Source of the DNA: a virus
Lineage: Duplodnaviria > Caudoviricetes
Virus record (IMG/VR): IMGVR_UViG_3300046791_000495
Location: 1 to 52,199 of that record
Strand: one strand, 5' to 3'
DNA length: 52,199 nt
A model generated the notes under the pieces. It was given only the letters and a program-made list of their open reading frames with translations. It was not told the DNA's origin and searched no databases. Position numbers and translations under genes: made by a program. Numbering within the stretch: position 1 is the stretch's first letter; the number at the start of each line of letters is the position of its first letter. This document shows, one piece after another, positions 38,041 to 46,444 of this stretch.

Positions 38041-38259
38041 TTACTCCTGTCCAGATTGCGACCCGCCCTCGGGGTCCATGTGGTCCCTGGGGGAGTGGTC
38101 GTAGGCGATCTTCCCGCCGGCCCGGTCGTGGTTGACGCAGACGATCTCGCCGCAGACATAGCAGTACCTCTCGGCCGGCGCCTCGATCGGCGCGCAGGCG
38201 TCCGATCCATCCAGCCCCAGAGCCCCTCGGCCATCGAAGAAGCACAATCTTTCGCCCAT
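38041..38259 (-). CDS. Small zinc-binding protein
   Basis: CYVC-x4-CVNH motif; AGGGGG RBS; first gene of the late strand. Confidence 0.55.
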   Translation of the reverse strand: MGERLCFFDGRGALGLDGSDACAPIEAPAERYCYVCGEIVCVNHDRAGGKIAYDHSPRDHMDPEGGSQSGQE

Positions 38260-38262
38260 TCG

Positions 38263-38312
38263 GACCCCCTTGACTTTTACCGCTAGCCATACGATAGCAT
38301 GGGGTCAAGGAG
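38263..38312. promoter_or_regulatory. Divergent promoter/operator region
   Basis: 59-nt gap between divergent genes with inverted CCTTGAC/GTCAAGG and -10-like TACGAT. Confidence 0.55.
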
Positions 38313-38318
38313 AACCAA

Positions 38319-38594
38319 ATGCCGAAACCGATTCTGGATATGGAAGCCGTCGCCGAGATGAACACTGCCCGCCACGCCCTCGAGGCCGAGATCGCCGGCC
38401 TCGCGCGTGAGTTCGAGAACGCCCACGACGTCAAGGTCGCCGAGATCCGGATCGACCGCCACTACTCGATCGCCTCCGGGCTGAACACCAGCAAGATCCT
38501 GGTGGCGGTCGAGCTCGAGAACCCGCTGTCGATCCGGATGCTCGGTACCCACATCGTCGACACCGCCGCGATGGGCAAAGGGGACGCCGACTGA
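38319..38594 (+). CDS. Hypothetical protein
   Basis: AAGGAG RBS, ATG, good codon usage. Confidence 0.7.
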   Translation: MPKPILDMEAVAEMNTARHALEAEIAGLAREFENAHDVKVAEIRIDRHYSIASGLNTSKILVAVELENPLSIRMLGTHIVDTAAMGKGDAD

Positions 38595-38830
38595 TGCCAG
38601 CCGTCGAGAAACCGGCCCAGCTGCGCGTGCTCGAGAAAGAGCGGGTGGCGCTCGAAGTCCAACTGGAGAAGACCACCCGCTTCGGCGGCCAAGGCGACCC
38701 GCAGTTCAAGCCCTGGATCGAGTCCCGCCTGAGGTCTCTCGGCGCCGAGATCTCGCGGTGGACGAAGGTGTGGGAGGAGCGGAAGGCCACGGCGAAGAAG
38801 GCCGCGGCCGGCCCCGCGGCGTTCCGATGA
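38594..38830 (+). CDS. Hypothetical coiled-coil protein
   Basis: TGATG coupling. Confidence 0.65.
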   Translation: MPAVEKPAQLRVLEKERVALEVQLEKTTRFGGQGDPQFKPWIESRLRSLGAEISRWTKVWEERKATAKKAAAGPAAFR

Positions 38831-39054
38831 TCTGCGGGCTAGAGATCGCCGGCGAGCCCTACTGCCTCCGGTGCGCCCGGATCGACTTCGGGTCGTTCGA
38901 CCTCGACGATCGTTTCGGTCCCGACGGGTCGCTGGTGCCGATCCGTCTGCGTGGCGGAATCGAGGCGGAAACCTTAACCGTCGTGGACTCGACCGGTCGC
39001 TATTGCTCGTGCTGCTCGATCCCGATCGCACTGGCGGAAGCGAGCGGTTCGTGA
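38827..39054 (+). CDS. Small protein with two CxxC motifs
   Basis: ATGA overlap; CLRC and CSCC. Confidence 0.55.
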   Translation: MICGLEIAGEPYCLRCARIDFGSFDLDDRFGPDGSLVPIRLRGGIEAETLTVVDSTGRYCSCCSIPIALAEASGS

Positions 39055-39233
39055 CGGCCAAGAAAGCCCCCGGCGGCCTGACCGAGATCCTGTTCACGCG
39101 AATCTCCAAGGGCCAGAAGGCTGCTCTGGTGCGGCGCCTGCGCCGCGAGCGGGAGGGCCCGGGCCCCACCTGGTTGTCGATGTCGGACCTCGTACGAAGG
39201 ATTCTCGAGCGCGAGCTCGCTGGAGGTGGTTGA
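39051..39233 (+). CDS. Ribbon-helix-helix-like regulator
   Basis: ILFTRISKGQKAAL...SMSDLVRRILEREL; GTGA overlap. Confidence 0.6.
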   Translation: MTAKKAPGGLTEILFTRISKGQKAALVRRLRREREGPGPTWLSMSDLVRRILERELAGGG

Positions 39234-39640
39234 TGGGTTTGACCGGTCAGTTGGTGTCGTTCCCGGTGACGCTGGAGTCGATGCAGTGCGCGTCGTGCGG
39301 GTGCCAGTTCGCGATCCCTGCGGCGATGGCCCGTCGCTACCGCGAGGACGGCGCATTCGTGCGCTGCCCGAACCCGAAGTGCGAGTGGCCGTCGTTCCAC
39401 ATCGTGGAGAACGTCGTGGCGAAGCTCGAGCGCCAGTTGAGAGACCAGAAGGCGGCGCTCGAGCGCGAGCAACAGTCGCACCAGATGACGAAGAACATGG
39501 CGAAGGCGGAGGCGAAAAAGGCCGCGCGCATCGCCAAGAGGATCCACGCCGGCGTCTGCCCGAAGTGCAATCGCACGTTTCAGCAGCTCGCGCGGCACAT
39601 GAAGTCCAAGCATGGAGGCCCGAAGTGCACTACATCGTGA
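39233..39640 (+). CDS. Zinc-finger plus coiled-coil protein
   Basis: CASC...CPNPKC, coiled coil, C2H2-type CPKCNRTFQQLARHMKSKH; GGAGG RBS. Confidence 0.75.
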   Translation: MGLTGQLVSFPVTLESMQCASCGCQFAIPAAMARRYREDGAFVRCPNPKCEWPSFHIVENVVAKLERQLRDQKAALEREQQSHQMTKNMAKAEAKKAARIAKRIHAGVCPKCNRTFQQLARHMKSKHGGPKCTTS

Positions 39641-39882
39641 AGGTGATTCAGGTCGGCGGCGGCGGCGGGTTTGTTGAGAAGAAGCCCGACGGCGTCATTC
39701 TGGAGCAGCGCCTGGAGTCGCTCAACATCCCGCGCCTCGTGGCGTTCCTGAACCCGCTGTCGGGCATCCCGGTCGGACCGGTCGTGGCCGAACTGTCGTC
39801 GGGTGCGATCGCGTCGATCGCGTCGATGATGAAGGCCAACATCAAGGAGCTCAAGGCGAAGCCGAGGGCGAAGCGTCGATGA
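39625..39882 (+). CDS. Hypothetical protein
   Basis: GTG with GGAGG RBS (MHYIVKVIQV...). Confidence 0.55.
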   Translation: MHYIVKVIQVGGGGGFVEKKPDGVILEQRLESLNIPRLVAFLNPLSGIPVGPVVAELSSGAIASIASMMKANIKELKAKPRAKRR

Positions 39883-40361
39883 AGCGCCCGCCGATCGACC
39901 GCAGTCTCGTCCAGGTCGAGGCCGAAGTGGAGCGCCATCGGGTCGCGCACATTCTGGCCAAGACCTGGTGGAAGAACCGCCACCGCGGGCGCGTGAAAGC
40001 CGCGGAGCGGGCGCACGTGACGTTCGAGGACGTGGTGCAGATCGGGCTCTGCGCGCTCGAACTGGCAGCGAAGCGGTCGGCGCCGGCGACTCATGGTCAG
40101 GCACCGGCGGACGCGTTCCAGATCACCGAGGTGATGCGCGCCACGCTCGAGCGGGCCTACCCGGACCATTTGTTCACCACGCTCTCGGCCCAGCTCCATA
40201 CGGAAGATGCCGCGGGGATCGTCCGTGGCGGGCGCTATCTGCAGAGCGTGATGGGCAAGCTGGGTCAGTGGCTGATCATCACTGCGCAGTTCACGGTCAA
40301 CCGACGATCGCCCACTCGCGGGCCTTCGCCTGCCAAGCGGTCCAACAGCCGCCGCTCTTGA
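39879..40361 (+). CDS. Hypothetical protein
   Basis: ATGA overlap; 3' end overlaps the convergent SLOG-like gene. Confidence 0.6.
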   Translation: MKRPPIDRSLVQVEAEVERHRVAHILAKTWWKNRHRGRVKAAERAHVTFEDVVQIGLCALELAAKRSAPATHGQAPADAFQITEVMRATLERAYPDHLFTTLSAQLHTEDAAGIVRGGRYLQSVMGKLGQWLIITAQFTVNRRSPTRGPSPAKRSNSRRS

Positions 40362-40728
40362 CGTGCGGTGGATTGCGGCCCTTGCAGTGGTAGCAGCCCT
40401 TGAAGGTCATGCCGTGGTAGTCGGGCGGCAGCTCGCGCACGACGACGACCAGCACGATGTCGGACACGTCGGCGATTTGCAGGTTGCGCTCCTTGAACCC
40501 GCCGGGCCCACCCCACTGGTTGGATCCGGACGGGAAGATGCGGGTGGGGATGCGGAGGTATTCGGCGAGCGCTTCGGCCCAGAGATCGACGCCCCCCATG
40601 GGGGAGCGCCCGGACGAGATGGCGGTGGCGCCGAGCCGGCGGGCGGCCTCGAGCATGGCTTCCTTGGCGGCACGTTCGGTCGCCTTGGTGAACTTTTCGG
40701 CCGCGTGGCCAACGATTCCGAGGATCAT
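40297..40728 (-). CDS. SLOG-superfamily (YspA/DUF2493-like) protein
   Basis: ILGIVGH, ISSG...GGVDLWAE, GFKERNLQIADVSD, SGGCWT; ATG 40728 is 7 nt after TAGACT (leaderless). Confidence 0.7.
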   Translation of the reverse strand: MILGIVGHAAEKFTKATERAAKEAMLEAARRLGATAISSGRSPMGGVDLWAEALAEYLRIPTRIFPSGSNQWGGPGGFKERNLQIADVSDIVLVVVVRELPPDYHGMTFKGCYHCKGRNPPHVKSGGCWTAWQAKAREWAIVG

Positions 40729-40745
40729 GGAGAGGAGTCTAGCGA

Positions 40746-40967
40746 ATGAGCAGGGCAGTGAAGTGTGACGCGTGCGGCGGGATGGCGGAGCCGGAGGCAA
40801 CGATCCAGTTGGCCCTGATCCATACCCCGACCCGGAAGCCGGACGAGAGCGGGTTCTATCCCGAGATGTTCGACGAGTGGCTTGAGGTCGACATCTGCTC
40901 CGCCTGTCTCGACCGCCAGATGCGGGCCGTTCTGACGCAGGCGCTCGATGGCGTGGTGCTGCCATGA
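40746..40967 (+). CDS. Small zinc-ribbon protein
   Basis: KCDACG...DICSAC; GAGGAG RBS. Confidence 0.7.
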   Translation: MSRAVKCDACGGMAEPEATIQLALIHTPTRKPDESGFYPEMFDEWLEVDICSACLDRQMRAVLTQALDGVVLP

Positions 40968-41179
40968 CGGTCTACGAAGTGCAGGCCTGGATCGGTCTGA
41001 GCCTGTTGAACCTCATCGTGCGCTGGCTCGCCAACATCGCGGGCGCCCTGACGGTGCAGGTCCCGAATGGCCTGGAAAATTCGCTGTCGGGGATTTTCAA
41101 GGACGCCGGGAACGACTGGAGGATTCGGTGGGTCACGATCCTCGTGATCATCGGCATCAGCTGGTGGGTGCGTCGGTGA
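40964..41179 (+). CDS. Small two-TM membrane protein
   Basis: ATGA overlap; two hydrophobic segments. Confidence 0.6.
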   Translation: MTVYEVQAWIGLSLLNLIVRWLANIAGALTVQVPNGLENSLSGIFKDAGNDWRIRWVTILVIIGISWWVRR

Positions 41180-41403
41180 GCGCGCCTCTGTGTCTGACCT
41201 GCAAGCACTGCTGCCTCGACTTCGGCAGTCCGGACTACAGCGAGCTGACGCCGGGCGAGTCGGCGTACATCGCTTGCGAGCGCTCGCTCTTCCCTGAGCC
41301 GGAGCGCCACTTCGTCGACCTGATGAGGCTGAGCCAAGGGAGGTTCGTGAAGCTGATCCGGACGGCCGAGACCTGCGAGCAGTACGAGGAGTCGAAGGGA
41401 TGA
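41176..41403 (+). CDS. Cys-rich hypothetical protein
   Basis: GTGA overlap; LCLTCKHC...C...AETCEQY. Confidence 0.6.
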   Translation: MSAPLCLTCKHCCLDFGSPDYSELTPGESAYIACERSLFPEPERHFVDLMRLSQGRFVKLIRTAETCEQYEESKG

Positions 41404-41648
41404 GCGAGCCCCTCTGGAGGCGGTTGCCGGGCAATCCCGGCTGGTTCGAGATCGTCGGCGAAGAGCGGCACGGCCGGTTTTCGGCGCGCCAGTTGCAGGA
41501 GCTCGAGCGGGTGATGCCGCCGTTTCTCGGCTACCGTCGGGTGGCGTTGGTCGACCTCGAGGGCGGTGGGCACGATGGGATCCCGGTGAGGGCCCTGCGG
41601 GAGGACGGCCATTCGGACCGGTTCATGCTGCAGTTGAGGGAGGGCTGA
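41400..41648 (+). CDS. Hypothetical protein
   Basis: ATGA overlap with RBS. Confidence 0.55.
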   Translation: MSEPLWRRLPGNPGWFEIVGEERHGRFSARQLQELERVMPPFLGYRRVALVDLEGGGHDGIPVRALREDGHSDRFMLQLREG

Positions 41649-41950
41649 TGTTCCTGATCGTCGACATGAATCGCCGGCCGGCGGGGGAGTCGGTGGCGGA
41701 CTGGGTGGGGAAGATCCTGCACCAGGCGGCGGAGATTGCCGCGAGCGAGGCGACGCGGGCGGAGGGCCAGCGTGGTGGCGTCCCGGGCGAGTCGCTCTTC
41801 TACGGCGGGGCGACGTTTTTCGCTGCGCCGGAGGTGCCCGGGCAGAATCCGCACGTGGCGGCCTACAAGCGGGGGTATGCGGACGGGATGCGCGAGCTGG
41901 AGGATCTGGTGGCGACGCTGCTCGAGCTGGAGGAGAAGCCGGCGCCATGA
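41648..41950 (+). CDS. Hypothetical protein
   Basis: TGATG coupling, GGAGG RBS; AYKRGYADG motif. Confidence 0.6.
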   Translation: MFLIVDMNRRPAGESVADWVGKILHQAAEIAASEATRAEGQRGGVPGESLFYGGATFFAAPEVPGQNPHVAAYKRGYADGMRELEDLVATLLELEEKPAP

Positions 41951-42207
41951 CGGACCGGGTGGGCGGCAAGATGTGGGCGGAGGCGGCGCTGGGCGGTGGC
42001 TACCGGTACTACGGCGGGGCACCCGGGGGACCGTTTCCGCGGTGCAGGTCCTGCGGGCTATTCATCACCACGATCGACGCATGGATGCGGTTCTTCCTGC
42101 GTGAGCCGTTGTGCGTGGCGTGTTGCGGGTGGTTCTGGCTCGAGACCGGTCGGAAGCGCCACCCAGAGCGCATGGGCCGCGTTCCGCTCGAGCTCAGGTA
42201 CGACTGA
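41947..42207 (+). CDS. Small protein with two CxxC motifs
   Basis: ATGA overlap; CRSC and CVAC. Confidence 0.5.
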   Translation: MTDRVGGKMWAEAALGGGYRYYGGAPGGPFPRCRSCGLFITTIDAWMRFFLREPLCVACCGWFWLETGRKRHPERMGRVPLELRYD

Positions 42208-42883
42208 TGGGGTCGTTTTCCAACCTGGCACGACTCTCGCTACGCGCGCGTGCGCGGAGTACTTCACCTACTACGTAGAGACTATAAGAAGCTTCTAAAG
42301 CACAGGCTTTACGCGACGCGACGTCGGACCCATGTCGAGATCGAATTCGGAGGCGAGTCCTAGGGTATGGATCGAGGTCAGGATTCATCGTTTTTTTCTG
42401 ACTGGGGGGTACGGGGCACCGGCCAGGCCCGCGCGTTTGGGTGGCGTGGGCTCCAGCTGGCGGTGCGCGTGCGCCTAGAAGCCTCGCAGAGCGCCGATCC
42501 GCACCCGCTCCGAGCCTCGCGCTCGCTCCCGCGCTCGAGGTTCCTGCGCGCTCCTGTGCGGTCTCGCGCTCGCAGCTCAAACGTGTTCACTACGCTCCAG
42601 AGCTCGATCCTAAGCGTAGTTCTAGCGTACACAACGCTAACTCGGCGCTCGCCTATTGGTAGGGTATCCGTACCTATCCGTTCTACTCAGTCCGAGCACA
42701 AGAGAGCGAGCTCCCAAGGTTTTGACCGCTCAAAACTCCCTCATTCTAGGTGAGTTAGCCTAGGGTTAGTCCGAATCCGTGATAACTCCTCGTGGTCCAG
42801 ACCGCCGCATTCTGGAGCCGAGAGTGTGCAGGAAAGATCCATGCCAGAGCCCAGAGCCCATATCGGCACCCTAGGACTACCGC

Positions 42884-42912
42884 TTGACACTCCCTAGGAG
42901 ACGTGAAACGAT
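42884..42912 (+). promoter_or_regulatory. Putative early promoter TTGACA-N17-AACGAT with TG extension
   Basis: Perfect -35, 17-nt spacer, weak -10, upstream of the first gene after the non-coding gap. Confidence 0.5.
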
Positions 42913-42984
42913 CCGGCCGTGCGCGAGACCTACTCAGAACGGAATTCTTCCGCGCGAGATAGCGCACAGAACGGAGTAGCAGCC

Positions 42985-43407
42985 GTGAGCAAGAGCAACC
43001 CCGTAGTGGAAGCGATTGAGAGCGCGTTGCAGCGCGCCGAAGCGCTGGCCGTGTCGCTGGCCGCGCGCCCCAAGGGTATCGGCAAGCGCGCCGCAGCCGA
43101 AGCCGACAGTGACGCGCTGGCCACGCTGGTCGCGTTCGGCGAGCGCGTCGCGCCGATCATCGCGGCGTTGACCGAGTACGGTTCGCAGTCCGAGCGCGAA
43201 GCCGTTCTCGGCCACCCGCTGGCCACGTTCGCGCTCGATAGCGCGCCGCAGCCGGTCATCCGCGCGACCATCGCGGCGGCCGTCAACGCGCTGCGCGCGC
43301 ATGGCGTCACCGTCACGCCGCGCGCTGCGGGCGGCGCGGTCATCGCGCCGAAGTCGGACACGCCTGTCGGCGCGCTCCTGTTCAAGCGCGCGAAGGGCGC
43401 GCAGTAG
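42985..43407 (+). CDS. Ala-rich early hypothetical protein
   Basis: GTG 42985 with GGAG RBS (MSKSNPVVE...); atypical codon usage. Confidence 0.65.
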   Translation: MSKSNPVVEAIESALQRAEALAVSLAARPKGIGKRAAAEADSDALATLVAFGERVAPIIAALTEYGSQSEREAVLGHPLATFALDSAPQPVIRATIAAAVNALRAHGVTVTPRAAGGAVIAPKSDTPVGALLFKRAKGAQ

Positions 43408-43506
43408 TCCTAGGACGGGGCGCGCTGCTACCGCAGAGCGCGCCCCGTTCCGTTCCCTGTACGTCGCGGCGCGGCTGCGGCGCAGAGGGAACGAAGGGAG
43501 CCTAGG

Positions 43507-43980
43507 ATGGATCGCAACGAACGAACGAACGCCACCCGCAAGCGCGCAGAGCGCGCAGCGCGCGAACGTGCGGCGCGCGCGCGGCTGCGCAGTCCGGCCG
43601 TGGCCAGCGCGGTTGACCGTGCAGAGCGCGCGCTTGCCGCAGTCTGGTCGCGTCGCGCGGTATCGCTGGCCAACGCCACAGAGCGCGCAGCCGCACTGGA
43701 ATCCGAACTGCACGCCGCGCTGGCCGAACTGGTCGCGCGCAGCACAGAGCGCGCGCAGCGAAGCCTAGCGCGCGCGCACGCTGCGGCCGGTATCGTCGGC
43801 GCTGCGCGCGCGCGGCGTACCAGCGCGCACCGCAACCGCACGCGCTCCGCGCTGCGCGCCGACGTGGCCGCGCTGATTGGGAGTCTGCGGCGCGCGCTCC
43901 GCGCGGAACTGGAACGGGAGCGCGAAGCTATCGAACTGGAAGCCTATCGGGAGCAAGCGCGCCGACTGCGCGAAGCCTAG
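43507..43980 (+). CDS. Arg/Ala-rich helical early protein
   Basis: AAGGGAG RBS, ATG, followed by a hairpin. Confidence 0.6.
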   Translation: MDRNERTNATRKRAERAARERAARARLRSPAVASAVDRAERALAAVWSRRAVSLANATERAAALESELHAALAELVARSTERAQRSLARAHAAAGIVGAARARRTSAHRNRTRSALRADVAALIGSLRRALRAELEREREAIELEAYREQARRLREA

Positions 43981-44151
43981 CGCGCCGAGCCTAGCCTAGC
44001 CGCCCGCGCTGGCCGAGCTGGCCGCGCGGGCGGAGCCCTGTCGACCGACTGGCGTGATTTTTTGGCCAGCGCCTGGACGGATAGCAGCGACCAGCTGGCC
44101 AGTAGCACCCGCCTCGAGCACGGTAGCAGCGCCCACAGCAGCGGCGCTCCC

Positions 44152-44223
44152 AGCTCAAGGAGCTCAAGGAGTTCAAGGAGCGCTCCAGCGGCGCGTAAGC
44201 AGCGCCGGGAGCGTAAGCAGCGC
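44152..44223 (+). repeat. Short direct repeats AG(C/T)TCAAGG x3 and GCGTAAGCAGCGC x2
   Basis: Copies at 44152, 44161, 44170 and at 44193, 44211. Confidence 0.75.
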
Positions 44224-44287
44224 AAGCACCGCGGTCCAGCACCGCACCAACAGCGGCCCACGCGGCCGCAGGAAGGAAGGCAGCACC

Positions 44288-44467
44288 ATGCCACAGTTGA
44301 CGCCCCAGCAGCAGGAGATCGACCAGCGCCGGCGCACGCAGCGCGCTCTCGCCATCGCCCTGGCGGTCGCCGAGCACGAGGAGGCCCGCCGCAAGGGCCG
44401 CGCCTTCACCGTCGGGACCTTCGTCCCGGTCCAGAAGCTCGTGCAGGTCTACAGCATCGCCCACTGA
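44288..44467 (+). CDS. Hypothetical protein (59 aa)
   Basis: ATG with AGGAAGG RBS (MPQLTPQQQE...). Confidence 0.6.
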   Translation: MPQLTPQQQEIDQRRRTQRALAIALAVAEHEEARRKGRAFTVGTFVPVQKLVQVYSIAH

Positions 44468-44469
44468 CC

Positions 44470-44691
44470 GTGAGGAAGCTCACGCAGAGGGAACGCAACC
44501 TGCTGGAGATCGGGCTCAAGGCCCTGGTGGCCAAGAACGGCGAGCGCCTCAAGGAAGCCCTCGCCGCCGGCGACCACAACGACGTCAATCACTACAGGTC
44601 GGCGCTCTACGAGGCCAACAACCTGCTGTCCAGCATCGAGATCGCCCACGAGATCGAACTGCACCCGGCGCCGATCAAGGGTGCCGAGTGA
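44470..44691 (+). CDS. Hypothetical protein
   Basis: GTG after upstream stop (MRKLTQRERNLL...); typical codon bias. Confidence 0.6.
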   Translation: MRKLTQRERNLLEIGLKALVAKNGERLKEALAAGDHNDVNHYRSALYEANNLLSSIEIAHEIELHPAPIKGAE

Positions 44692-44888
44692 TCCGCCTCC
44701 GACGGCTCAAGCAGCAGCGCAACGACTGTGCCCAGTATCCGGCAACCATCTACCTGCTCGAGCGCCTGGCGATCGAGGACCTGGATCGGCTGCCCGCAAG
44801 GAGCGTGATCCTCGTGGCGGGCTTCATCCTCACCATGAAGGCTCTGGCCTGGTTGGGCCTCGAGCTCTACAATCCGGAGCGCGCGTAA
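44688..44888 (+). CDS. Small protein with one hydrophobic segment
   Basis: GTGA overlap. Confidence 0.5.
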   Translation: MIRLRRLKQQRNDCAQYPATIYLLERLAIEDLDRLPARSVILVAGFILTMKALAWLGLELYNPERA

Positions 44889-45133
44889 TGGCCCGGTCGA
44901 GCATGAGCACCGACGAGATCGTGGCAGCCGGCAGTCGCCGGTCCGACCGAGTCTTCAAGGCCCAAGGCTGGCCAAGGACCGTCACGCTCACGCAGCTCGA
45001 GCTGGCCACGACGATTTCGCTAGCGATCTACGACGTGGTCACGACGATCGACGATCGCGCGACCAAGCAGAGGAACGACGATTTCAGGGGCGCGACCCCT
45101 GGAGAGGAGCCGACGAAATGCGAGCACGGATGA
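44888..45133 (+). CDS. Hypothetical protein
   Basis: TAATG overlap (MARSSMSTDEI...). Confidence 0.5.
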   Translation: MARSSMSTDEIVAAGSRRSDRVFKAQGWPRTVTLTQLELATTISLAIYDVVTTIDDRATKQRNDDFRGATPGEEPTKCEHG

Positions 45134-45270
45134 AGCGCGTCAACCGCTCGCCCAAGAACGTGGGCGGCTGGGCCAAGCGACAGCAGGCCAAGCGGCGCGG
45201 TAACCGCGCCTCGAGGAAGAGCCGGCTCAGCGGACTGCGCAGCTGGGGCTTCAACAAGAAGAGCAGGTAG
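45130..45270 (+). CDS. 46-aa Arg/Lys-rich peptide (not in ORF track)
   Basis: ATGA overlap; MKRVNRSPKNVGGWAKRQQAKRRGNRASRKSRLSGLRSWGFNKKSR. Confidence 0.5.
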   Translation: MKRVNRSPKNVGGWAKRQQAKRRGNRASRKSRLSGLRSWGFNKKSR

Positions 45271-45391
45271 CAGGACGGAGCGCTCCTGCGGCGCTCCCTT
45301 GGTGGCTCCAGCAGCGGCGGGAACCACGAAGGAAGGGCCGCAGACAAGCAGCCCGCAACAGGGGACGACGATCCCCAGAGAGGACGTGAGT

Positions 45392-45679
45392 ATGTACCGC
45401 TGTCCAGTCCGATTCACCGAACGAGATCTCGGCGAGATCATCCCCGAAGAGAGCAGCACCGACCAGTTCGCCAAGCACTTGGCCAAGGTGCTGTCCAGCG
45501 AGATCGACAACGTCGACGCCAACCGCGTCGCCAAGGATCTCGAGGAGTGCGAGGCGCCGCAGCTGCTCGACGTCGTGCGCGAGGGGCTCGAGATCATGCG
45601 CAACCACACCGCCGCCAGCTGTCGCCTGATCGTGCAGGGCGGCGGGCTCTACCTGGTCGACCGCTTCGACTGCTGCTGA
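45392..45679 (+). CDS. Hypothetical protein
   Basis: GAGG RBS, MYRCPVRF... Confidence 0.6.
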   Translation: MYRCPVRFTERDLGEIIPEESSTDQFAKHLAKVLSSEIDNVDANRVAKDLEECEAPQLLDVVREGLEIMRNHTAASCRLIVQGGGLYLVDRFDCC

Positions 45680-45681
45680 CC

Positions 45682-45984
45682 ATGGGGAACGAACAGACGA
45701 AGACCAAGGCGACGAAGGTCCGCCGCCTTAAGGACGTCACGATGGTGGCGAGCTTCCACCGCTACAACTGGTGGACGCTCGAGCAGCAGGCGCAGCAGGC
45801 CGACGATCGCGCCAAGGAGTTCAACGATTTCATCCGCGACCACCGATCTCAGGACGACATCCAGCTCGAAGTGGTGCGCGAGTACAGAGACGAGTGCAGC
45901 GTCTGCGGCGAGGAGTGGGAACCGGCCGAGGACGACAAGACTCACGATCGGTACTGCGCCTCCTGTGGCGCGGAGGTCCAGTAG
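45682..45984 (+). CDS. Protein with C-terminal zinc ribbon
   Basis: CSVCG...YCASCG. Confidence 0.65.
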   Translation: MGNEQTKTKATKVRRLKDVTMVASFHRYNWWTLEQQAQQADDRAKEFNDFIRDHRSQDDIQLEVVREYRDECSVCGEEWEPAEDDKTHDRYCASCGAEVQ

Positions 45985-45986
45985 CC

Positions 45987-46208
45987 ATGTACGTCGGCAG
46001 CTACACAAGGATCGAGACCTACCCGCGGAAGCCCTGCAACATCTGCGGGAGGGGCGACGACTACGATTACGGGAGCTCATCGCTCAACGCCTGCCGCGGC
46101 TGCCTCGACTGGGCAGCAGCGACGATTCGCGTGGCGATGAAGCGCGCTCTGCGCAAGGTAGTCCTACTCGCTGGCGGAACGATCGCGTTCGAGGAGAGGA
46201 GCAACTGA
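45987..46208 (+). CDS. Small zinc-binding protein
   Basis: GGAGG RBS; CNICG...CRGC. Confidence 0.55.
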   Translation: MYVGSYTRIETYPRKPCNICGRGDDYDYGSSSLNACRGCLDWAAATIRVAMKRALRKVVLLAGGTIAFEERSN

Positions 46209-46444
46209 TGGCCGACAAGCGGCCGTATGTCAGTACACCCGACATCTTCGTGGCGCTCAGGCAGCACGGAATGTCGGTCAAGGAGATCATGCACATCTGG
46301 AGGGCCGTCGGCGAGAAGCTGAACGCCGACGAGGAACGGCTCAAGGGTTTCGACAACGGCCTCCAGCCGTACAACCGTGACCTGAGGCCGATCTACGAGG
46401 AGGCGGTGGAGCTCGGCCGCGACCTGGTGGAGCGCCTACTGTGA
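46208..46444 (+). CDS. Hypothetical protein
   Basis: TGATG coupling, AGGAG RBS. Confidence 0.6.
   Translation: MADKRPYVSTPDIFVALRQHGMSVKEIMHIWRAVGEKLNADEERLKGFDNGLQPYNRDLRPIYEEAVELGRDLVERLL

Noticed and set aside
41319-41330. CTGATGAG as a second hammerhead core (also CTGACGAG near 28102)
   Set aside because: Inside or antisense to coding sequence, with no matching GAAA and stems.
42367-42753. ORFs in the 42.2-43.0 kb gap
   Set aside because: No RBS, atypical codons and Ser/Arg-rich translations; treated as non-coding.
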